DNA from: Nitrospinia bacterium
GTDB taxonomy: Bacteria; Nitrospinota; Nitrospinia; Nitrospinales; JAJDAT01
Reading direction: 5' to 3'
Assembly (NCBI GenBank): GCA_029261715.1
Contig: JAJDAT010000035.1
Location: 351-64,350 of the forward strand
Length of the DNA: 64,000 nucleotides
Shown: in pieces, positions 57,075 through 64,000 of the stretch
How positions within the stretch are numbered: position 1 is the stretch's first letter
Layout of the letters: each line of letters begins with the position of its first letter
Position numbers and translations under genes: made by a program
Notes under the pieces: model-generated
What the model was told of the DNA's origin: nothing
The model's input: the letters and a program-made list of their open reading frames with translations, nothing else
Databases searched by the model: none

Positions 57075-57833
57075 ATGGAAGCCATTGGCACAAATTCGAT
57101 TAACTCAATAACCCAGAAAACGGCCGCCCAAAATAGTTATGGGCTTTCGACTTCTGCGGATTTGAATGTTAAAACCGAAGAAGGGGATTTAGTGTCGATT
57201 TCGTTTTCTAATGAATTTAACTATTCTGAATCCTCAAGCGCAACTAAATTTGCAAATGGAGATTCTGTGAAAGAGTTTTCTGTTTCTGCATCGGCTGCTT
57301 TTCAATACTCTTTGACTGTGCAAGGTGACCTTAATGAGGAAGAATTAGCCGCAATTGAAAAGTTGGCGCAAAGCGTTTCTCCTTTAGCAGAAAGTTTTTT
57401 TAGTCAATCGGGTTTTGATGCAGGACAAGCCGCTTCGGTATTAGCGGGATCTTTAGGAACTTTGACGGATATCGAGTTGAGTTTGGAAAGAACTGAAACC
57501 GCTTCGGCAGTTAGAGAATATTTTGAAAATGGAAATACTGAAGAATTGAATCAATTAGCTAATGATATAGCTGGAGAATTTCCAGAAGAACAAATTCCAA
57601 AAGTAAGAGATTTGGCTGGTTTGGTTCAATCCGTTTTGGATGCAGTCTTTAACGACAACGAAGAAGAATTTCCAGAAGACAGTTTTTTGAAAAATCTAGA
57701 AGACTTTAAAAGTCTATTAGCGAATCAATTGGTACAAGCTCTTGGAAGCCAAGTAGAAGAAACGGCTGGGACAGAAGAAACACCTGAGACGCAACCTGAA
57801 ACTGTGGGAAGACTGGAGCCGGTTGTGGCTTAA
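57075..57833 (+). CDS. Acidic protein of unknown function (252 aa)
   Basis: ATG-initiated after GAGGAAAA and followed by a strong terminator. E/D/S-rich, no TM helix, no signal peptide. Confidence 0.6.
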   Translation: MEAIGTNSINSITQKTAAQNSYGLSTSADLNVKTEEGDLVSISFSNEFNYSESSSATKFANGDSVKEFSVSASAAFQYSLTVQGDLNEEELAAIEKLAQSVSPLAESFFSQSGFDAGQAASVLAGSLGTLTDIELSLERTETASAVREYFENGNTEELNQLANDIAGEFPEEQIPKVRDLAGLVQSVLDAVFNDNEEEFPEDSFLKNLEDFKSLLANQLVQALGSQVEETAGTEETPETQPETVGRLEPVVA

Positions 57834-57850
57834 TCGAATTTGGTTTAATG

Positions 57851-57884
57851 AGCGGAAAGGGAGTAATCCCTTTCCGCTTTTTTT
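57851..57884 (+). terminator. Rho-independent terminator
   Basis: 12-bp stem AGCGGAAAGGGA/TCCCTTTCCGCT, GTAA loop, then T6. Confidence 0.85.
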
Positions 57885-58647
57885 ATGATGGCATCAATGC
57901 GCCATTATTGATATCCAAAGTTTGCCCAGTAATCGAACTCTGGTTATCGGACAGCATGAACGCTGTCATCTTCGCAATTTCATCGGGTTTCGACATTTTT
58001 CCTAAAGGCACTTGGGACATAGCCATTTTGTAAGCTTCTTCTTTGGAAATAGACATACCCGTTGCCATTCCATCAAGTCCTTCATGAGCCATATCGGTAT
58101 TTACCCAGCCAGGACACAAAGCGTTAACTAAAATATTTTCTCCGCTTAATTCCGCCGCAAACGACCGCATCAATCCCAAAATTCCAGCCTTGGAAGCGCA
58201 ATAAGCGGTGTAACCTGGAACGCCTAACCGCGCTAAAATTGAAGACATAAACAAAATTTTCTTAAAAGGGCTAGGGTCTTTTCGTAAATAAGGCAAACAT
58301 TCTTGGACTGTGTTGTAACTTCCAGTTAAATTGATTTCAATCACTTCTTGCCAGCGATCGCTTGTGCCGTAGTTATTTTCCCCGCCAACTCCAGCGTTAA
58401 CGACTAAGCTGTATAAAGATTCCACAGAACTTTTGCTCAAGGCTTCTCTAATAGACGATGAATCTCTGATATCTGAAGAAAAGATATTGGATTGGTCGGG
58501 AAATTTTAAACTTTTCTTTGTCGCTTCGAGTTTTGTTAGGTCTCTGCCCAATAAGATTAAGGAATAACCAAGTTGGGAAAGGTTTTGAGCTATAGATCTT
58601 CCAATGCCGGTTCCGGCTCCGGTTACAAGAATTGTTTTATTTTTCAT
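57883..58647 (-). CDS. Short-chain dehydrogenase/reductase (SDR)
   Basis: TGAGTGIGRS cofactor motif, NAG, and catalytic YCASKAG. Confidence 0.9.
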   Translation of the reverse strand: MKNKTILVTGAGTGIGRSIAQNLSQLGYSLILLGRDLTKLEATKKSLKFPDQSNIFSSDIRDSSSIREALSKSSVESLYSLVVNAGVGGENNYGTSDRWQEVIEINLTGSYNTVQECLPYLRKDPSPFKKILFMSSILARLGVPGYTAYCASKAGILGLMRSFAAELSGENILVNALCPGWVNTDMAHEGLDGMATGMSISKEEAYKMAMSQVPLGKMSKPDEIAKMTAFMLSDNQSSITGQTLDINNGALMPS

Positions 58648-58658
58648 TCAAAATACTC

Positions 58659-59543
58659 TTAGCGATATGTGGAAGCGTTGTTGTTAGGTTTTGAAAGTAT
58701 TTCGACGTATTGCGTTAATTGATCCATTTGCTTATCTTTGTTGCTTTGCTTGTAGACCATAATTAAATTATTGATCATCCGGATTAGAATTTCGCGGTTT
58801 CCGCTCTGAGTTAAGAAATGGTCTTCAAATTTTAATCCAAATCCTTCTACAAGTTCTACGCACTGTCGATAAGATAAAATTCTTCCTTTATTGAATGGAT
58901 CAAAGTAAACGGGTCCTGATAAAACATCGTATTTTGCAATAAAGTGACAAGGCATACCGACACCCACAATAGGCAAATCAAGACGTTTTCCAATTAGTAT
59001 ACAAAGGACCGATAGAGAAATTGGAATTCCAGTTTTATTGGATAGAACTTTATTTAAAAATGAATTGTCTCCAGAGAAATAATTTTTTTCATTTCCTGAA
59101 AATCCCTTTTCTTGAAAAAGAAATTTATTTAATTCGCGGACAATTTCAATTGGTTTAAAGTGAGGCAGCAGTCTTGGCGCTAATTCGCTCGCTAAACTAT
59201 CTAAAACAGATTTTGCATTTTCGTGTTCAAACTCTGGATATCCAAATTGTGTTAGAAGGCAAATTCCTTCTTCAAGATCCAGATTGTCTCCAAGTTTTTG
59301 GGAGAGTCTCCTGAATTTTGAGCCTAATTGAATGGGAAATATTTCTTTCAAAATAACTTGGGCTTGAGATCTTTTTAGTAGATCTTCGTCCCGTGCGGCC
59401 ATCTCTAAAAATGGAATAGAGTCTTCCCCAATTTTTACTAACTGTGCTTTAACAGAATTCCGAATAGATTCATCTCGGTCATCCATGAGTCGGATTAGTG
59501 AAGTGATTTTTGTTTTGTCAGGGGAGGAACTCATTGAGAACAA
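58659..59543 (-). CDS. SirB1-like transglutaminase-core family protein
   Basis: The central ...GIPISLSVLCILIGKRLDLPIVGVGMPCHFIAKY... matches the Transglut_core2/SirB1 pattern. HEAT-like N-terminus. Confidence 0.6.
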   Translation of the reverse strand: MFSMSSSPDKTKITSLIRLMDDRDESIRNSVKAQLVKIGEDSIPFLEMAARDEDLLKRSQAQVILKEIFPIQLGSKFRRLSQKLGDNLDLEEGICLLTQFGYPEFEHENAKSVLDSLASELAPRLLPHFKPIEIVRELNKFLFQEKGFSGNEKNYFSGDNSFLNKVLSNKTGIPISLSVLCILIGKRLDLPIVGVGMPCHFIAKYDVLSGPVYFDPFNKGRILSYRQCVELVEGFGLKFEDHFLTQSGNREILIRMINNLIMVYKQSNKDKQMDQLTQYVEILSKPNNNASTYR

Positions 59544-59557
59544 TTTTAAAAGTGGTG

Positions 59558-59604
59558 GAAAAAATAAAAATCGCCAAGCGTCTATCCCTTTAGGGATAGA
59601 CGCT
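59558..59604 (-). terminator. Terminator candidate downstream of the peroxiredoxin gene
   Basis: 12-bp stem AGCGTCTATCCC/GGGATAGACGCT (59577-59604). On the minus strand it is followed, after 6 nt, by UUUUUAUUUUUU. Confidence 0.5.
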
Positions 59605-59615
59605 AGCGAATTTTT

Positions 59616-60251
59616 TTAGATATTTGGCTGAGGTGTTGTTCTCAAATAAGGTTTGATTACCTTATGGCCTTTTGGAAATTTCTCAGGAATATCTTCGGTT
59701 TTAATTGCAGGAACAACAACGCAATCTTCTCCCCATTTCCAATCTGCAGGCGTAGCGACTTGGTGGTTCGCCGTCAATTGCAGCGAATCAATCACTCGTA
59801 AAAGCTCGTCAAAATTTCTTCCAGTTGATGCAGGATAGGTCAGCATCAATTTTACGGTTTTATCTGGACCAATAATGAAAATGGAACGAACTGTTAAATT
59901 GTTTAGAGCCTTTGGGTGGATCATGTCGTAAAGTTCGGCGACTTTTTTCTCGGGGTCGGCGATAATAGGATAACCAACGGTACAATTTTGAGTTTCGTTG
60001 ATATCTTTGACCCAACCTTTATGAGACTCGACATCGTCGACGCTCAATCCGACCACTTTTACTCCTCTTTTATCAAATTCTGGCTTCATGTTAGCTAATC
60101 GGCCTAATTCAGTTGTACACACCGGAGTGTAATCTTTTGGATGAGAAAATAATACAACCCAACTTCCATCGATCCAGTTATGAAAATCAATGCTTCCTTC
60201 TGTGGAATCCGCAGTAAAATTTGGCGCGGTATCTCCTAACCTAATAGCCAT
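59616..60251 (-). CDS. 1-Cys peroxiredoxin (Prx6 type)
   Basis: FSHPKDYTPVCTTE peroxidatic-Cys motif; 211 aa. Confidence 0.9.
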   Translation of the reverse strand: MAIRLGDTAPNFTADSTEGSIDFHNWIDGSWVVLFSHPKDYTPVCTTELGRLANMKPEFDKRGVKVVGLSVDDVESHKGWVKDINETQNCTVGYPIIADPEKKVAELYDMIHPKALNNLTVRSIFIIGPDKTVKLMLTYPASTGRNFDELLRVIDSLQLTANHQVATPADWKWGEDCVVVPAIKTEDIPEKFPKGHKVIKPYLRTTPQPNI

Positions 60252-60609
60252 GATTAAAACTCCTTTTCTAATTTCTTTTTACGTTGATATATTATTTTAA
60301 AAATAAAACGATATTTATTAAGTCCAAGAAGCCAAGGCGAAAAAGCCTAAGTAAATTAATATCGCGTGGGTTGCGAGCATACCGAGCGTACTTGGGATGG
60401 GCCTATTTTATCATAGAATTTACAAGCTTTGCCTAAATTAACGACTCAAGATTGATCTTTTAAAGAGGTAGGAATGTCAATGCCATTAATAAGCGAAAAA
60501 AGACATGCTTAGGAAGAATGGCGAAATCGAGCGGATTGAAAGAGGGAAAAGTGTAAAAGCTTAAATTCGCTAAAATTACGCCATTTTTAACTTAGAGTAG
60601 TAGAGAAAT

Positions 60610-61719
60610 TTATAGGCGCATAGGCATTACGAGACTAAGGAATCCTGGGTCTTTTTCTGTCGTAATTAAACAGGAATGATCTTTATCTTTCAGCTTAAGA
60701 ACCACATTTTCATATTCGATAACGTTTAAGATATCTAAAACATAACGACCGTTTAAGCCTATAGCGACATCGTCGCCTTTATAGTCAATGGCAATCTCTT
60801 CTTTTGCCGCGCCTTGGTCTGCTGTATCAGCGTTCAATGATAATTGGCTTGATTTCACTTCTAGACGAACCATTTTAGAATGCTCATCTGCAAGTAGAAC
60901 TACCCGTTTCATTGCGTGACTTAAATCCTCTTTATTTATTGAAATTAGGAGTTCGTTTTCTTTTGGAATGACTTGCCTGTAATTAGGGAACTTTCCATCC
61001 ACCGCACGTGAAACAATCGCCTGCTTTCCTTGAGTAAAAGCTAAAAAGTTGTCTTTTATTGAAAAAGAAATAGTTTGTTCTTCATCTTCAATAAATTTTG
61101 CCAATTCATTCACTAGTTTTCTTGGTAATAAATGTTCGGACTTTTCTTCTTCGCTATTTGTTCCTTCAGGCAAGGGTCTTTGAATCGATACAAGACGATG
61201 GCCGTCGGTACCCACCATAGAACAATTTCCTTTTTCTAATTCAAGCAATAATCCGCTAATTCCTTTCCTCGTTTCGTCGGTAGATACGGCAAAAGATGTC
61301 TTGCGAATCATTTCTTTTAAAGCGCCTGCGTTAAAATCGATGAGGCTATCTTCTCCATATTCAGGGAAAACTGGAAATTCTTCGGCGGCTAATCCTGGCA
61401 GTCGAAAAACAGACTTTTGGCATTTAATGGTGACCCAGTTATTTTCTTCTTGGGTGATGTGAATTTCACTATCGGGAAGTTCTCTTACAATGTCGTGTAG
61501 TTTTTTAGCGTTTAAGACCGCTTGACCTTCGGCAACTACATTCGCTGAATAATATCCGCGAAAAGCGACTTCCAGATCCGTCGCTTGAATAAAAACACCA
61601 TCCTGGTCTGTTGAAATTAATAAATAAGATAAAATGGGCATAGCCCCTTTAGCTTCTACAACTCCTTGTACTTTTTGGACTCCAGCCAATAAATTGGCTT
61701 TGCCGATTCTAATTTCCAT
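60610..61719 (-). CDS. dnaN: DNA polymerase III beta sliding clamp
   Basis: 369 aa of three-domain length. N-terminus MEIRIGKANLL...VQKVQGVV and C-terminus ...LVMPMRL. Confidence 0.9.
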   Translation of the reverse strand: MEIRIGKANLLAGVQKVQGVVEAKGAMPILSYLLISTDQDGVFIQATDLEVAFRGYYSANVVAEGQAVLNAKKLHDIVRELPDSEIHITQEENNWVTIKCQKSVFRLPGLAAEEFPVFPEYGEDSLIDFNAGALKEMIRKTSFAVSTDETRKGISGLLLELEKGNCSMVGTDGHRLVSIQRPLPEGTNSEEEKSEHLLPRKLVNELAKFIEDEEQTISFSIKDNFLAFTQGKQAIVSRAVDGKFPNYRQVIPKENELLISINKEDLSHAMKRVVLLADEHSKMVRLEVKSSQLSLNADTADQGAAKEEIAIDYKGDDVAIGLNGRYVLDILNVIEYENVVLKLKDKDHSCLITTEKDPGFLSLVMPMRL

Positions 61720-61977
61720 GCGGAATACGCTCCTAAGAAGGCTTTTCTATCAAGGTTTTTATTAGCACAAATAATCAAAACCTGTCAAAATTTTTATCCC
61801 GAAAACGGCATAAAAGTTGTATTTAATAAATAGTGGGAGAATCTTGTTTTATTCGTTGAAATAAAGTGAAAAATATGGAGTTTTGCTTGCAATTCTCAAA
61901 AATAAGATATATCTTTAAAAAACAATAGGTTTTGTGTTAATTTCCAGCTTCAAGCTTGGCAATGGAGATTTTTCCTC

Positions 61978-64000
61978 GTGCACAATATATATAAAACCAA
62001 TAGAACATTTTCTCAAGGTTATGTTGAAAGTATTCGGCGTAGAATTGAAGAAATAATACAGCCGGCAGATTTTGCCCCCTCCCAAGAAATAGACCCCCAA
62101 AAATTTTACTTAGAATTTAAAAATAGAATTCTAAATATCATCAATGTGGAGGTAGAGAGTTTAAAAAATGAGTTGGCTAAGTCCAATAACAGCCATCTTA
62201 TTTTACTAAAATTCACCGCCTTAGTTGACGTCTCATTAAACGCCGCTTTTAAATCTGCCGTGTGGCTAGCTAATCGTCTGAATGAAACGGACATTGCTCT
62301 AAAAGATATACCTATATCATTTGCCGCTTGTGGAGGTTATGGGCGCGAAGAAATGTATTTTCGCTCCGACGTGGATATTTTGATAATTTCCCGATCTACT
62401 TCGGATGAAAAGATTAATCAATTCGTTCCTAAAGTTCTACAAAATTTTGAATATCTTTTTATTCACCAAGAAATTTTTAGAACGAAAATTCATATTATTC
62501 AAAATGAAGAAGGCGCTGATTTTGAATTTGATTTTTCGAAACCCTCTTGGCTTTGCTCAATTATAGATTGTCGACTTGTTTGTGGTAACTTTTTAGCGTT
62601 TACCGAGTTTAAAAGCGCTGTGAAAACCGCTGTATTGCTCAATAAAAATCCTATATTGGATTATTGCAGGTCTCACGAAGGTTATTTTGAGGTCCAGAAC
62701 ACGGTTTTTTCTCAAGAGCCAGACGTTAAAGTCGAACTTACACGGTTATATTGGGCTCTTTTTCTTGAAAAGACGTTAAATAATTTAGAAAAAGTTAATC
62801 AGTTTGAATTGCTCCAAGAGTTATATGATAACGGAAAACTAGGAGAAACTGCTTATAAAAATATGCAAAATGGCCTTAATTTTTTGGCTAAAACACGACT
62901 ATTTCTTCATTCCCTTCAACAAAGCGCGTTAAGAGACGTACTGAGCTTTGAAGTGAGAGAGCAGGTTGCAAAATCCATGGGGATGGAGTTATTTCCTTTT
63001 TACAGGAGCTATTTTTATGATGCCGCATATCCTCTAAAAAAGCATAGCCGTAATTTATTTTCTGAAGCTATAAAGTTTGACCCCAAAAAAATTAAAAGGT
63101 TGAATGAAAACTTAGGAATTAATGCCGAAGGTCAAATTATTTTCACAAGAAATGGCGAAACAAAGTTAGCGGACAACCCCAATCTGGTTTTTCAAATTTT
63201 AAGTTATGTCGCTCGTGATAATTATAAAATTTCCTACCCTGTTATTCGAGCAATTGAGCAAAATACCGATCAGTTTTCACCTCTTTTTTATAAAGGTAAG
63301 ATAAAGAAACAAGCGCAAGAAGGCTTTAAAAACGTTATTCGTGGGAAGTATTTTTCTAAAGCTTTACGGTTATTCCATGAATTTGGTTTGTTACAAAACT
63401 TCTTTATTCCAGAGTTTAAAGCTCTATGCGGCCTTCTTCAAGATATCTATGTTCATAAATTCCCAACAGATATTCATGTCCTGGCGGCGTTAGATCAATT
63501 AAACGGATTAGAGTTTGGCAACGACGGCGATCCTTTCTTGTCTGATCTTTATCATTCCGTAAAAGACAAACAGACTCTTAGATTATCGGTTTTACTACAC
63601 GATATTGGTAAAGGAGCAAAAGAACCTGGGCAAAATGAGGAAATTGTGGGCGCTCGACTCATTCCGGGAATTTTAAATAATCTAGGATATTGGAATGTAA
63701 AAGCGATAGAAAATGTTGCGTTTTTAGTCGAAAGACATCTAACGATGAGGGATTTGATGTTTTTGGATCCTGAAGATGACGATACATACGAAATGGTTTG
63801 GGATTTAGTGGGTCACGATAAAGAGCGTCTGAAAATGCTGATTTTGTTAACTTTTTCGGACCGTGGTGGGACAAAGATGAAAATGTCGGCGTCTCAAATT
63901 GATCAGCTGAAAAACTTTTACCAATTTACTTTGTATCACAAGAAAAAGCGCGCTGTTTCCAATGCGGTCAAATTAGATTTTATGAAATTCATCAGTTTGC
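61978..64000 (+). CDS. glnD: GlnD-like [protein-PII] uridylyltransferase (NTase + HD domains), 3'-truncated by window edge; not in ORF track
   Basis: I translated the frame by hand from 61921 and it stays open to nt 63999. The only start after the stop at 61903-61905 is GTG 61978, following GGAGA. Motifs: NTase AACGGYGREEMYFRSDVDILIIS, then FPTDIHV and LLLHDIGKG of the HD domain. Confidence 0.75.
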   Translation, partial: MHNIYKTNRTFSQGYVESIRRRIEEIIQPADFAPSQEIDPQKFYLEFKNRILNIINVEVESLKNELAKSNNSHLILLKFTALVDVSLNAAFKSAVWLANRLNETDIALKDIPISFAACGGYGREEMYFRSDVDILIISRSTSDEKINQFVPKVLQNFEYLFIHQEIFRTKIHIIQNEEGADFEFDFSKPSWLCSIIDCRLVCGNFLAFTEFKSAVKTAVLLNKNPILDYCRSHEGYFEVQNTVFSQEPDVKVELTRLYWALFLEKTLNNLEKVNQFELLQELYDNGKLGETAYKNMQNGLNFLAKTRLFLHSLQQSALRDVLSFEVREQVAKSMGMELFPFYRSYFYDAAYPLKKHSRNLFSEAIKFDPKKIKRLNENLGINAEGQIIFTRNGETKLADNPNLVFQILSYVARDNYKISYPVIRAIEQNTDQFSPLFYKGKIKKQAQEGFKNVIRGKYFSKALRLFHEFGLLQNFFIPEFKALCGLLQDIYVHKFPTDIHVLAALDQLNGLEFGNDGDPFLSDLYHSVKDKQTLRLSVLLHDIGKGAKEPGQNEEIVGARLIPGILNNLGYWNVKAIENVAFLVERHLTMRDLMFLDPEDDDTYEMVWDLVGHDKERLKMLILLTFSDRGGTKMKMSASQIDQLKNFYQFTLYHKKKRAVSNAVKLDFMKFISL

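Noticed and set aside
61720-61977. Possible oriC / DnaA-box cluster beside dnaN
   Set aside because: I found only weak single matches (TTATCCCGA; TGTGTTAAT), no cluster and no adjacent dnaA. I cannot evaluate GC skew by eye.
61915-63874. Minus-strand ORFs 61915-62100, 62106-62294 and 63659-63874
   Set aside because: They are antisense to, or overlap, the hand-verified glnD-like frame that is open from 61978 to the window end.

Overview
AT-rich bacterial chromosomal window from a diderm, flagellated organism; I cannot assign a taxon from the sequence alone. It holds about 60 protein-coding genes. I recognised no rRNA, tRNA, CRISPR array, transposase or integrase. (i) 0-9.4 kb looks accessory: a 5'-truncated endonuclease I, small orphan ORFs, a stand-alone Cys4 zinc-ribbon protein, an orphan CheY-like receiver, two tandem RNI-type leucine-rich-repeat proteins, an omptin-like outer-membrane barrel, a disordered protein behind a consensus sigma-28 promoter, and two SGNH/GDSL-like hydrolases flanking a 51-aa DUF5989-like micro-ORF that is absent from the ORF track. 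(ii) 9.7-22.7 kb is the complex I operon nuoABCDEFGHIJKLM behind a perfect consensus sigma-70 promoter. It has two terminator-like hairpins between nuoI and nuoJ and no nuoN. (iii) 22.7-44.3 kb is housekeeping: sfsA, tgt, argF, argD, comF, nhaD, ispA-dxs-hisB-hisH, an EamA transporter, methyltransferases, a redoxin, the ABC-2/GldG/DUF4340 four-gene transporter and a Gfo/Idh/MocA oxidoreductase. (iv) 44.5-52.2 kb is the most unusual part. It is a minus-strand array of five 285-286-aa flagellin paralogues built as promoter-leader-CDS cassettes, with sigma-28 motifs TAAAGTnn-N11/12-nCCGATAA and leader hairpins that display AAGGA in the loop (CsrA-type sites). Two unknown ORFs are interleaved; one (252 aa) looks by eye like a strongly diverged flagellin. 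Upstream lies a roughly 500-nt tract with three further sigma-28-like motifs spaced 161-168 nt apart and no flagellin gene behind them. (v) 52.2-64 kb holds ldcA, hisF-hisA, an O-antigen ligase, rfbC, an acidic orphan protein, an SDR, a SirB1-like protein, a 1-Cys peroxiredoxin, dnaN without an adjacent dnaA, and a 3'-truncated glnD-like ORF running off the window, which is also absent from the ORF track. All functional calls rest on motifs read by eye and on family knowledge; no searches were run.
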